From Ruditapes philippinarum (Eukaryota), in assembly GCF_026571515.1 (NCBI RefSeq), contig NW_026855987.1, positions 1 through 64,000 of the forward strand: a stretch of DNA of 64,000 nucleotides, in the 5' to 3' direction. The translations under genes were made by a program, and so were the position numbers. Under the pieces are notes generated by a model. The model was not told the DNA's origin and ran no database searches. It worked only from the letters and a program-made list of their open reading frames with translations. Shown here one piece after another: positions 29,152 through 42,632 of this stretch. The stretch's first letter is position 1, and every line of letters begins with the position of its first letter.

Positions 29152-31061
29152 CCCAGCCTGTACGAAAAAGTCTGGGCAGAATGCAGACAGAATCTGTACA
29201 GACTTTATTTAGAAAACTCTGTACAGAGTCTGTACAGAAAAAAATCTGGTCAAATGAAACAAAGTTGAACCAGAATTCTATTAATAGATTTTAGCAATAA
29301 GGATAAAGAACGAAATCTGTACAGATTTTTTCTGAAATATTTAAATTAAGCCGATTATTTTCTGGGCAGAAAAAAATCTGGGCAGAAAAAAAAAATCTGG
29401 GCAGAAAAAAAATCTGGGCAGAAAAAAATCTGGGCTTCTTCATATTCTGTACAGAATTAACCCTGTCCATAGGAAATATCTGAAAGGGAATTCTGCACAG
29501 AAAAATTCTGTACAGAAAATATTCTGTACAGATTTTCGTTTTTTTGGCTAAAAACAAAATCAATTTTCCTTTTGAACATTTCTTATTTATTAATTTCAAT
29601 TAACAATTTTTATTCATTTCTTTCCTGGAGTAGTCTATCCAATGAGTAATAGCCTTGTTGAGGGCGCTGTCATCAGGAATTGGCTTGTCTCTGTCTTTGC
29701 ACCACACACACATCCTGACATAATCTAGAGTAAAAAAAAAGGAATTTGAATTATGTTCATTCTATTATTAAATGATATGCAAAATTTGTAAAATATTTCA
29801 ATGTATATATAAAACAGTTAAAATTGTATACCTATATACCTTAAGTTTTTTTGCACCAAGTAACATCAAAGTCACTGACTAATAAAACTGTTTACATATA
29901 TCATCCCTGACCAAAGCTTGTGTTACAAATCTACACAGTTATGTAATTTGCAACATAACTTAAAATAGGAGAGATTTACAAGTGGCCAATATTCTAAAAA
30001 TAGAATTGCTGATAAGCACTGACCATAGCAACAGTTGCTGGTCATAAATTCTACACAATTTCTGGGAGCTTTCAATTGATTAATTTAAACTAAATGAATT
30101 GAATTATAGAATAGCAAAACCAAAAGCTAAACTAGTTATTGCATAATAGAGCAAGAAATTAAAAAAAAAAGATCTTGAGCTATATCCTGATCAAAAAGCA
30201 ATTTATGAACTAATAATTTCACTGGCCCAGCTTTGACCTCAGTGCATTAATATTATACTCATTAGACCATAGTGGTCTGTCTCAAATCAGAGTAAATTTA
30301 ACTAATATAGATAATTCATAGACTATTAAAAGATGTATAAATAATTTCTTTTATCTATAGTGGAAGGTATAACCAAATAATTTAAAGAAAAATTCAAAGA
30401 AAACATTGCAAAATCTTACCTCTGGTTTTGATTATAATTCCATAATAATTCCTCTTTGGCCCCTAAATTTGAGAATTTCAAGTCTCTACATGATTGCTCT
30501 TCACAACAACTAACTTGTTTACTTATCATTAGAAAAATAAACTAAACAAAACATATTCATCTTTGCTAATGTTTTAATCTTTGCCATTTTATGTGAAGAC
30601 ACTTTGTGAAATAAAACCTCGTGTGGCAGTCTGAGAGATTTGAATTGACCAACAGGGGTTACATGGGGGTTACACCTGATATTACAGAATATCTATCTAC
30701 TACTCTGAGATTAACTCAGAGTGAACTTCTGGCTAGAAAAGTAAATTCTGTCTCAAGATTTATCTAAGTGTTAAAATTCTGTGTGTCTATGTAAATTCTG
30801 CCTCAATTTTTTTTCAAAGTATTGAAATTCTGTCTTGTAAAAATAACTAAGAGCAAAATATCTGTGTGAAAATTTTTCTGTACAGAAAAATTTTTGATTC
30901 TGTTTTATTCTGCACAGAAAATCACCTATTTCTTAGGCAGATTCTGTGTCCAATTCTGTGTCGGTGTCAACTCTGTACAGAAAAATGAAAATCTGCCTCT
31001 ATAACAACCAGAGTTGGTACAGAGTCTGTACAGAATTGGCTCAGAATTTTCGTACAGGTGG
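29152..31061. mobile_element. 1.9-kb non-autonomous TIR DNA transposon with subterminal ctgtacaga/ctgggcaga repeats
   Basis: cctgtacgaaaa (29157) and ttttcgtacagg (31047) are inverted. Clusters of tctgtacaga motifs at both ends; TA on both flanks. Confidence 0.75.
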
Positions 31062-33564
31062 TATCCTCTAGTGTAAACAACATGATGTAACACCCTGATG
31101 ATTTCAATTGGTCTATAAACCCAATAATTTTCAAATGTTGTGCAACATTATACACCCTTAGGAACAACTAGAAAAGTTCGAAACAAACAGAAGTCCTTAA
31201 GGCCAAAGGTCAGGACTGTGTTAATTGCAGGGTAAAAAGTTTTCACAATGTTGTTAAATTGTCATGAAATACTTAAAATAGCATACATAAATTTAAATGC
31301 CCTTAAGATAGCTGTCAGTTATTCTATTTAAGCTGATGTAACAATTCTATATTTAGAAATGACATCATATTACAGGTATATTATATTCAATAGGGCATAA
31401 ACTGTTTATGAACATAATTCAAGTATGCGTACACCTGAATCAAACATAATTTAATTTTATTTTTGAATGCAAACTATGGTTTGAAAAGTGGGATATTATT
31501 CTTTACAAGTAATAAGAATTAATCAGTGGCACCTCATAAGTGACATCACACTATGGAATGTATGTCATTTAATTTTAGAATCAATTTAAAAGTGAAAAAT
31601 AATGGCTAGCCAGAGTGTTGTCTTGCCTCAGGCAGAAGATTCAAATGCTAGAAATTTTATCTCAGTCTTGAATTATTTCCTAAATGTTCACAATATGAAA
31701 AGATGATTTACATAACACACCAAAAAGGGTATAATTTATATGTAAAAAACTGTCATTTTTTTTGCTGTGGGCAGAAAACGTTATATTTTTTATGTGTTTT
31801 ACAATAACACATATTTTGAATTAGTAGCCTTTTTTCTTTATAAATCATAATTAACATTAATTCTAACCAGTCTCCACTTTAAAGAAACTCTAATGAGGGT
31901 TTCGACATGACCTGATACTCTTTTTTTTCTTCAGAAATCATACTGTAACTGTAATTGATATCAGAATACAAATAAATGAAGAGTTAAATTCTACACCAGA
32001 CATTATATACTATAATACTACCTCCTTTTATTCATCAGAATTTATGTTAATTTTTTGGTAATTTTATTCAAAATATTTCTGATTCAGTGTATGGGTTGTT
32101 TATAATTTTGTTTGTTTTTTATTGGGTTTTATAACACTGACACAATATGAGTCAAATGGCGATGTTCTAGCTTTACTGGTAGAGGATTTAGACCTCAGGT
32201 GCCTCCAGATTCACGCTAATGTTCATGAAAATTTTGAAAATGTATAAATTTGAATGTTTAATATTGTGAAATAACCAAAAGGCAGAAATTTACACATAAG
32301 CATTGATGGCACTTACCTGTACAACCCACATAAATTACCAAAATAGTTGTCAAGGCATGCAGCTTTAAGATTGTCCTTAAAAAATTTTAAATACGTTGTT
32401 ATTCCTCACATGATTTATTTTCTGTATAGAAAGACTTCTGTGACATCAACAGGTAACAGTCTGTTATGTCACAAAATTACTTTTTGGCCTGCTGTCATGC
32501 TAACATTACCGGGTGATATTACTGATGTCCTTCCAGTATATTGATATGCTGGATATAATAAAATAAAAAATCTAATATCCAATTGTAAGTGTTACAACAA
32601 AATGTTCGCCTTTAATAAGATAATGTCAACCCTGTTAACAGTTACGCTTAGGTTGACATCAATTGTCTATGATAAATATCATGTTGTTCTATCTTCCACA
32701 GTGGGTGTTTCTAACTATTACTATTAAGCCTCGGGTTCAAACCGAGTTTAGCGCATCCTGGAAGATAAACAATATTACCACATTGGATCATTGAGGGTTG
32801 CTGTCCCCACTCCTGCAACTGCTTTTGTAAAGGTTTTCATGTTCTTGGGTCTTCTTGACTAGATTCTATCCAAGCCTAAGACTCAATTGGTTACATTCAT
32901 GATTCCGGATGGAGGACATTCTTCAAAATGTACGTTCAAACCATTCTTTATACCTTTTATAAGTTTTTCAATAATGATAAACCAATACAAGTGTTTGCAT
33001 AGCAACTGTACTGTAATTCATCCGTAAATGAGATCAAAAAGCTTCAATTTCAAGTGACCTACCCCAGTTACATTATTGACTTGTGAATTTGTTTGACTTT
33101 CATGACAGGAAGGAGGGTTTTAAGGCTACTGGTGTCTTTCTGTACACAACAATGACTTAGTTGAATCTTTACAGGTTGCAACAGTTTTATTTAATGAACT
33201 TTGCCAGTCATCTTTTAGGAAATCGAGGTCGATATTTTTCTTGCTTATTGAACGGCTAAAAATAGCACAAAACTGACAGGAAACACACCCAACATAAATG
33301 ATGCACCCAAAAACCATTATTTTGAATGAAATTCTGCATAAAAATTATAATATACCAAAGTTTATATATCAAATGAAATGACTGCAAATGCAATCACAGT
33401 AAATCTGGCTATTTTTCGCACACTAAGTGTTTTTTTGCGAGTGACGTTTCCCCGTTGTCAAGCTGGTTGAAGGTCAATACGTAACGCAAAATAATCAGCT
33501 GTTGAGCACAAACTTTGCATCAAAAATTTAGCATTTTAAACGAAAAAATAAGTTATGAACTTAC

Positions 33565-33865
33565 TGTTATGTAGATTCTGCAATGTCCTACAATCGTTCT
33601 ATAGTAAAACTTTGTCCTTTTTCGCAATAATTATGCAGATATTAACAAATTTTCTTGAACGCTTTTCTTCCCCGATCTGTCAGATTTCAGGCAAACAAGG
33701 TCGCAAACTTGATTCGCTACTGTTGTGTTTATGTTTGCTACGAACGTTTTCATTGGACAAACTTTGTTTTCGTTACTAAAAATAGTAACGTTTAATATTC
33801 ATGAGCCTTCTTTGTTCTATTTTTGGCAGTAAGCATGCGTGTACAATGTTTACATCATGTGAACG
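33565..33865 (-). promoter_or_regulatory. Probable non-coding first exon and promoter of TP53INP
   Basis: Minus-strand donor gtaagt at 33564-33559, local CpG enrichment, CCAAT (attgg 33752-33756), FOXO-type TGTTTAC at 33847 next to TCATGTGA at 33855. The exon at 24457 has only 5 nt before the ATG, so an upstream exon is required. Confidence 0.5.
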
Positions 33866-34861
33866 CCACGATCGCACTGGAAGAGGCTCCGGTGGGGATA
33901 CAGGTAGTTTTTTTTTCGATTTAAATATGTAGGTCGTATTTAATCACGTTCGAAATTTTAGAAGAGTTGTGCGCAGTAGGCAAAGCGGCGCAGGCTTCAA
34001 TCTTCATCAGATGCGGTTAGTTTAACATGTATATTCCCATTCGATAAGTAATGTATACTGTTATATATTAGGCAGACTATGTACATTATTATTATATATC
34101 TATAGAACCACGAATTTATTTAATTAAGATTCGTGATAGAACTAAACGTACCAACTTCATTAATACTTCCTTATTAAACCCGCCCATTCCACTATTTTAA
34201 AGTACACGTTAAGTACGTTTCGTAATTGATTCGATGCGGACATAGGCCTATGTACATGTAGTTTATAAATACTTAATGAGGGTCCATCCGTCCTTTCAGG
34301 CACTAAATCCAGCTTTCAATGTCGAGTACGGACTCCGGACATGTCACCATGGAGTCATGCCCTTTTAAAAGAGTTTCTTTTGAAACACAAAGTGGTGATA
34401 ATTTACCTCCATCAGGGTCTTTCAAATACGTACTTCTATTTGAAAGACCCTGCCTCCATGCAAATTCCACGGACTATTAGCCAAAGATATGAATTTTGAG
34501 CCAAAAGAAGGTCTCTGTACGGCGGTCAATGAGAACCTATATAAATGTACAGTAACCTGAGGCAATATGAAGGGTAGTCCTGAAAAGTGCTGTTGGTGCC
34601 AGCAAAAGGCCTGCAATTCAAGCCGTCTATCGTGCTAGGGGCGCACGCACCCTAGCACACATCCTTGTCGACTCAGAGCCTACTTTGTATAGGCTTTTGT
34701 CAGGGTACCGGCAGCTAACTTCATGCAAGCTAATTTTAAGTCTTATACGTAACCCCGAGCTGTAGAAAACATACGAACTTGCCGTCTTACAAAAATCATT
34801 TGATACAGTGGACCATTCAATCCTTTTAATGAATTTAGAAGCCTGATGTTTTACAATGGTT

Positions 34862-36475
34862 TAGGTCATATACCTGCCTGATAGGCAACAACTTGTTGAT
34901 GTATCTGGTACTTTCTCCACACTTGAAAGGATTACTTGTGCATGGTGTTCCCTAAGGGTCTATCTTGGGACCATTATTATTTCTAATTTATGTAGGCCTA
35001 ATTAAATGATATGCAGGCTGTTGTTAAAAATAAACTTCTTCTTTATGCAGATGATTCTGCTATTCTTGTTGCAGGTAAAAATAGGTCACCTATTGAAAAA
35101 GAAGTGACAGATGAACTACATTCTGTCAGTCAATGGTTAATTGAAAATAAACTTCCCTTCACTTAGGCAAAACAGAGACAATATTATTTGGTTCTAAACA
35201 TAAGTTAAAAACAGGTTAATCTCTTCATGTCAGTTGTAAAGGGACTGATATACAGTCAACTTCTAATGTCAAATATCTAGGTGCAACACTTGATCAGTCT
35301 CTCTCTAGTGAAGCAATGACAAGTTCTATTATTAAAAAGGCCAATGCAAGGTTAAAGTTTATTATAGAAAACGTGATTTTGTCAATTTTCACACTAAAAA
35401 ACTTCTTGTTATGGCCCTCATCCAATGTCATTTTGTTTCTGGTTTCCCGGGGTTACTAAATACTGGAAGGATAAACTCCAGTAAAATAGAGAAATACAGA
35501 ATCCCTAAAGAAAGCCAAGCACGACAAAATTGAAAATGTTGCAGGCTCGGTTTGATTGAGCCTGTTCATGGACGGTAATGGAAAGTGCAAGTTACCGTCC
35601 ACGCCCCCTAGCACCGGCTTAAGCAGAATTCAACATTTAACACGAACTGGTACAATTTTGAATTTTGAAACATCCGCAGATGTGTTCATATGACAGTTAT
35701 CATGGAACCTTACGTATGACACGTAAGTGCCATTCCATGATAAGCGGCATATGGTCCCAAAGTAAAAAAATACGTGTGCCCTAAACGAGAAAACAATGGG
35801 CGGAACTAAATAAAATGGAATTTTGAAAGGGGATCTGAGGTTATGAAGCCTGCATATCACAAGTCACACCAAGTCAATCCAAGTCACACAAAATAAATTA
35901 ATAAGATTTGTTCTAAATCTTGGTTATAGGTCACATATTGATAATGAACACTTTAAATTTTAAATTGGCTGCCTGTCCAGAAAAGAGTCAATCAAATTAT
36001 CCTCTGTAACGTTTTAAAAATAAAACATGGACTTGCCCCTGAATATATGGGAGAAAACTTTATTCCATTAGATTCTGTTCATACCTACAGGACCAGGTCA
36101 AGTGAAAATGGGTGTTATATGCTACCTAAGGTCAAAGGTTTCGGATCAAAGTCTTTTGCTTACACTCGATGTGTATTGTGGAATAAACTACCCTCTTCTA
36201 TTTGGATGGAATCAAAATTGTACATTTTTAAATTATCTGTTAAAAACATTTACTTAATGGGTAATTATCTCTCTTAATGGTGTCTATCCTCTAGTCTTAA
36301 TATTTATTATTTTAATTTATTTATTTTAATTTGAACATTTATATGTATACTATTGTTTTTCTTCAATTAAAACTGTGATAAGTTATTTTCATGCCTCTCT
36401 TTGTCAAAACCATCAGTATCTAAGGACCACAATAGAAATAAGAGATTAAGTTCTCTTTCTTGTGTTATCCTTGGT
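34862..36475 (+). mobile_element. Decayed CR1/L2-clade LINE (RT 3' part), interrupted by a DNA-transposon fragment at ~35482-35878
   Basis: Frameshifted GVP*GSILGPLLFLIY, NDM...LLLYADDSAIL, KYLGATLDQ, KLQ/VTQNKLIRFVL, HTYRTRS, SFAY...WNKLP, followed by a 3' UTR. Confidence 0.9.
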
Positions 36476-36484
36476 ATGATGTTT

Positions 36485-36527
36485 TATCTATCTATCTATC
36501 TATCTATCTATCCATCCATCCATCCAT
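36485..36527 (+). repeat. (TATC)n(CATC)n microsatellite at LINE 3' end
   Basis: tatctatctatc...catccatccatcc. Confidence 0.9.
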
Positions 36528-38025
36528 AGACGTAGCATTGAATCTTAAATCATCTGCCGATGCACTGTGTCTTCTCAACGACGCACACGTACCGAGGGGA
36601 TGCGGACATGTCAGTAATTGCACTATATAGTCATGCCGTATAAATTACCTCCGGAGTCAAAGAGGAAATTAAATAGGTCACTGTATGGGACGTACACTGA
36701 TAGTGATACTTTGCCAATTAAATGTTTTCATAAATTTATTCAGATCGCCCCTAATCCAAATTTACACAACCTGTTTGGATGGTGCTCACGAATGAGACTT
36801 TAATTTTGACATGGATAACATCTTCCCGACCCTTATAATTTACGGTATAAACATGTGACAGGCTAGGCACGGGCCGATGTGCACATACTTTTTCGGCAGG
36901 GGATGCTGAAGTTTAAAACAACCGGATTACCTCCTCCCCCAGGGCGTCCTGTCGTGCAGGAAAATTGGAATCTGCTTATTATAAATGGTGCATTTTAGGT
37001 GCAAATATAAAGTATACATTTTTATAAAATTTCATGTTTATTAGGGTCTTTACTTAAATATCTGGATTTATAAGAACATGCAAGCTAAGGGTTTAATTAT
37101 AGTTGATCTGTGGGAAATAAATACTACATGTATATATCAAATGGATGTTTCTGGCATTTTCTCGTACACACAAAAAAACCTAGAAAATTAGAAGAAAAAA
37201 AATTCCTTCAAAATATCTTTCCTTTAAAATAAATAGAAATATTTCGTATTATACATAAAAACAATCGTAGTCTAGGGTCACGCTTGCCTAATATCAACTC
37301 AGTGTTTTTTTTCTTGAGAATGTTTAAATGTCCAAACTTGCCTGGTCGAGGAGAACAGGCTGTCTTTGCAGGCAGATTTGTTTTTAGGCTGCCGCTCAGA
37401 AAGTGGCTAACATTGTGACAGAAAATAAAGATCACGCAAGCGTGGTATCAATCAGTCTCATATACAGTATTATTATAAAATGGCCACACTTATGTTTGTA
37501 TTCAATAGCATTTACACAACACTGTCAAGTTTGTTATTTAGGGGATAGTTAAGTTGTTTGGCTAATGAAGTTCTGCAGACATACAAATAAAATGAGCGAA
37601 CCTGCAGAGATGTGAAATTTCTTGGTGTGGGTGAATTAAACAGATCGGCTGGATGAAGACCTTTATTCTGCATGGTTGCTTATATTCTGAAGCTCATACA
37701 ATTGCGGTAGAAATTATATTACACCGACATCTTCGCCTACAATATAGATTTAATCGAATTCAAGCTTTTGTTGAAGGACGGAAAAGAAAAACAAGTATAA
37801 AGTAAGTTATATGGGTGAAATACTTACACAAGGAATTTTTACCAAATAACCTGGACTGACAAAAGAAATAGTTGAGAAACATTTATGGAAGAATTATTGT
37901 TAAACAGAATTCAAATATCAAGTATTTAACTAGAAGGTTAAAGAACTATCCTGTATATTTTATTTTAGAACTATCCTTTACATTTTATTTCATAATGGCA
38001 AGAACTATCCTTTTTATTTTAGTTT

Positions 38026-38115
38026 AGAACTACTAGTATCTTAGAATGATAATTGAGAACTACTAGTATCTTAGAATGATAATTTAGAACTACTAGTATC
38101 TTAGAATGATAAGAA
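38026..38115 (+). repeat. 30-bp minisatellite x3
   Basis: agaactactagtatcttagaatgataatt(g/t) repeated. Confidence 0.85.
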
Positions 38116-38299
38116 CTTGCATTTACAATTTTTTTAGAATGGCCAGTGTGATTCCCAGATTTTATTTTGTGATTTTAAAATAACGTGTCACATTGAGGTT
38201 CATGATAAAAACATCTGCGGATGTTGCCATTCGTGTGAAATGTTCAGTTCTGATTAAGTCGACCCGTGGATGGTAGCTAGCTTGCATTTTTTTCACTAC

Positions 38300-39290
38300 C
38301 CACCAGTTTGACTCTATCTCAATCAACTGAGAAGTTGTAGCACTTTAAAATCAGTTTTGATGAAAAAATCAACGCTAATTAAATGGTGAATTTTGGGAAT
38401 TTTGAGATGTCCCCTCGTTGCCATGGTAATAGGAAATTTAAGATAGAGCATGCCGTTACAATTAAAGGCTATGGTCCAGTCAACGTTTGGGCCAAGTTTG
38501 ATCATTCCTTTTAGTTTCATTGCAATTTGAACTTGTAACAGAATAAAAACAAATATTTCTGCAGTAATTGGATAAACACCTCTTGCCTGATCCTTTGCAA
38601 ATTCGATTTTGTACGAGTTTGGAGGGTCTTCTTTACACATTACAAAGACCAAAGCCCTAACACAATAAATATGTCCGTGAGATTTTCGCGAAGCATGGTC
38701 GTTTTCTGGAACGTCGATTTGCCCTTCCTTATGTAAATTATTGTAGAAAGCAGCATTTTCTCAAGCCAATCTTTTTAACAACATTTGAGCCGCGTCACGA
38801 CAAAACCATCATAATGAGTTTGCGACCAGCCTGGATCCAGACCAGCCTGCGCATCCGCGCAGTCTGATCAGGATCCATGCTGTTCGCTATCAGTTTCTCT
38901 TCCTGTTATAGGGTTTGTAAGCGAACAACATGGATCCTGATCAGACTGCGCGGATGCGCAGGCTGGTCTGGATCCATGCTGGTCGCAAACGCATAATGTT
39001 GGTTTTGTCGTGACGCGGCTCATTTCTTTGACTGTTTGCAAATTCGATTTTTGAAGGTTTGGAGAGTCTTTCTTACACATCATAAATAACAAAGTCCCAA
39101 TGCAATCAATATGTCAGTGAGATTTCCGCGTCGTTTTCTTGGCCGGCGATTTGATCTTTATGTATATAAGCTGTATAAATTTTCGAAAAAAAAAATTCAA
39201 CTATTTTCTCGAGCTATTTTTAACACCATTTGTCTGTTTGTTTTACAAATTCGTTTTTGCGCAAGTTTGGAGGGCCTTACTTACACGTGT
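38300..39290. mobile_element. Degenerate DNA transposon with internal repeats, related to 40290-40540 and interrupted by a Sola-like MITE
   Basis: Shared actctatctcaat...gagatgtcccc.cgttgccatggtaa...atggtccagtcaac; repeated ttgcaaattcg...ttggag(g/a)g units. Confidence 0.6.
38787..39021. mobile_element. Sola-like palindromic MITE, full length
   Basis: GAG...CTC termini, near-perfect long inverted arms, TSD ATTT. Confidence 0.9.
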
Positions 39291-39966
39291 ACAAATTAGA
39301 GAATTTCGTTTCTAATATTAATAAATGGTATCAGAATTTTAGTTTGAAAAGTAATGATACTGTTATACAAACTACTGGCTTGTTACAAATGTCATTACTA
39401 ACAGAAACTATTTGACAACATCCATATTAACTTTACAAAACAATTTTTATTTGGCTAATTTTGCTTTGCTAGTGCAATTCATGAGATGATCTAACCTAAA
39501 TCCGCTCGGATGACGCCAAGAACTCCTATTAAGATAATTATATAGTTCTACTATCATTAAAGTCAACGCACGAGAGAAAGATATTGTTACGGTTGGTCAT
39601 ACCGGTCGCCAAATAAGGTCTCACCCCGGTACGAAATAAGACCCAAACCGTCTTAATATAAAAAGTTGTTCTTTTAAATTTGAAAGTTTCCCAATTTAAC
39701 TCATCTTTAGTTTGATTGGTCATACTTAAAGTGTATTTATTGCATCTGTGTAGTATGTGTGTGTTATATGATAACTTTAAAAGTTGTGTTTATGTATTCT
39801 CTCTAAAACCTCATTTGTTGGCGGAAGGATTAAAGATGTATTACCCACCAGCGGTCATGGTGAATTTAAACAGTGTTACAACAGAATAAAAGTAGATGAC
39901 TAACATATTATATTTCGGGCCTCATTTGGCTTAGAATGTGTTGACGTTTAAAGTTGAAGACATTAA

Positions 39967-40586
39967 CCCATTACCTCATATATACGCGAAACAACGCACT
40001 TTCGACCCCCCCCCCTCTTTTAGGCCTAAAATAGTGAAAAAATGTCCTATTTTGCCTCCAACACATGTTTTCGTTTGAGAAATGTTGCTAAAAAAGTGAC
40101 CACTTTTTCGGCGCCGCCCCTATCCAAAAGATTCATCAGGGGGGTTGACAGAAGGGGGATGTGCCCCTTTTGTTTGGGGGTTTGAAGGGGGGAGGCAGTC
40201 CCCCTCATCGCCAAGAAATTTTGGACTTGCGAGAGGCTAAAAATGACCCCAGGTCGATCATAAGCTAACGTGTAACCAACGTTGAAAAGCATTTTACTCT
40301 ATCTCAATCCCTTGAGAAGTTGCAGCACTTTGAAATAAATTTTGATGGAAAAAAAATCAAGGCAAAATAGTGATTTTTGGCAAATTTGAGATGTCCCCCC
40401 GTTGCCATGGTAACAGAAAATTTAAGACTGAGCATGTTGTTACAAAGGCAATGGTCCAGTCAACATTTGTGCCAAGTTTGATTAGTATTGAAGCATTTTT
40501 CATAGTTTCATAGCAGTTTGAACTTGTAACAGGAGGCTTTTCAATGAAAACGGCCATTTTTCACAATATTCTCATGAGGGAAAGGG
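39967..40586. mobile_element. piggyBac-like MITE
   Basis: ttaa-cccattacctcat ... atgagggaaaggg-ttaa. Absent from the paralogous segment near 59270. Confidence 0.75.
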
Positions 40587-41060
40587 TTAAATAATTCAGG
40601 AACTGTGGCCTCAAATTTGGCTGATTTACTATAGAACAACAAGTACGACTACGAGACCATCAATGAAGACGCAACCGTGTAAACTCGTCACCTTACAAAT
40701 CATAATCATAAATGATTGTTGAAAATGCATTTATTGTTCATCTGTCGTTTTTTAATGTTTATAAATTTTGCTACTTAGAACACTTTACATGTAGGAAAAT
40801 ACAAAGACATACTTCTATGTACAAAAACTAAAAGATTTTACAAAAATTTATTTGAAAATATGTACAAAAATAAAAAGATTATACAGAAAATTTTGTATAT
40901 GTACAAAAACAAAAAGATTATACAAAAATCTATTTGAAAATATGTACAAAAATAAAAAGATTATACAGAAATCTATTTGATAATAAGTACATGTATAAAG
41001 TAAAGATCAATAACTAAGTAAGATCATATTCACAATTACTCATATATGTTGTTATAAATT

Positions 41061-41321
41061 TTTGTTTGTTTGTTTGTTTTGGGTTTTACGTCACATCGAC
41101 ACAGTATAGGTCATATCGCGACTATCCAGCGTTTAACTGGTGGAGGAAGACCTCAGGTGCATTATTTCAGGCTCAAACGGGCACCTGAGTAGTACCAACG
41201 ACGTTCCGTAAGCTAGCTGGATAGCTTCCTCACAAGAAAGAATCCAAAGTCCCTGTCTGGGAGCGGTGAGGGGCAAGTGGTTTAAAGTCAATGACCTTAA
41301 CCACTCGGCCGCGGACGCCCC
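41061..41321 (-). mobile_element. tRNA-derived SINE (same family as 14884-15133)
   Basis: Shared ctggtggaggaagacctcaggtgc and gtaagctagctggatagcttcctca; (TTTG)n tail. Absent from the paralog near 59630. Confidence 0.85.
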
Positions 41322-42632
41322 TAGTTATACATGTATACATGTATATATAAAAAAGGGTCAATAAGGTTAGACATTAATTGTCATTGTTTACTATCCTAAA
41401 ACTCCATTGGTTTAAGGTTTATGTTACTCCTCTAAGTGAGTACAAAAGCATTGAAAGACATTTACTTCTATATTTGACAAATTTGTCGTTGCATAGGTTC
41501 CCCATCAGTTATTTTTAATTTAATACAAAAAATGCTGCACATAGCTGTATATACTGAAGACCAAACAAGCGGACAGTGAATGTATACTCTGAGTTCCTTG
41601 GACCCCTGAAAATAAAAATTTTGATAAAATAAGAAATAAGTTTATCAAAACAAAATCAGTTATAAGAGTTTTTTGCGGTTTACATCTTATCAAAACCCCA
41701 TAGGTCAGAGGGCAACTTTCCAGTCATGAGGTCCTACCAGACACACGTATCTGCACGCCAACTTGTGCAGAAGTATTCAGCAGTATGGGTATGTCGCCAT
41801 GACAATCTCACGGATTTGCCTGATAAATAATAACCTCTCTGAGCATTGGAACTTAACTTAATACGTTATTTAGTGGAAATTACACAAAAACAAATGAAAA
41901 TTAAGCAATTGACTGATCTATTCTGGAAATGAAGTAAAATACCAAATCCTCATCTTGAATATGCAATACCCCTTACTGACATTTAACGACCACCACTGGT
42001 ATAAAATCCTGGATACGCGACTGTCCCCTACGGTATTTTGAAAATGTTTAAGTTAATGGCCATTCAATTAATGATTTTGATAAGGAAATATTTTAAACAA
42101 GACAACATTATATCGCCATACCAAGTGCATAAATAGAAGGTAATATGCATGAAGAGCCCGTATCCCCAAAATGACGAAAATTGTCGATCATGTTTGATAT
42201 TTAAGATATTGTAAGTACAGAGTGTGATTGAAACAAAGTTTTTCAATTTTCAGGTCTAAAATTTATAAGATACTGGTAATGGGTGAACACTAGGTGTGTA
42301 AAGCATTTAAATGATATGACCTTGGTACCCAATAAACTACATTCATATTTTGTTTCGATACGATGTGTTCTTATTAAAAGTAAACGTTCTATCCTTACCT
42401 CAATTTTTAAAATGTTCAAAATTGTTTCAGTGAAGGCGGAAATGTATGGTAACTGGACAGAATAACCATTCGCATAATGGTGAAATGAATGCACTGACTC
42501 AATTGATTTTTTGATGCGGAGAAGCATAATTAAATATTAATTATTAATCACGTGATCATCGTTTTAAGTTTATGCAGCAATGCTTGAAATGTAAAAGTAA
42601 CCCAGATGAATAACTCTACTCCAAATACCTTT

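Noticed and set aside
29291-29599. 102-aa ORF
   Set aside because: Translation of transposon subterminal repeats
36047-36277. 76-aa ORF as a host gene
   Set aside because: It is the C-terminal part of the decayed LINE ORF2
38323-40557. Similar ORFs containing IKLGxNVDWTIAF
   Set aside because: They reflect two copies of a non-coding repeat; no transposase motifs are seen
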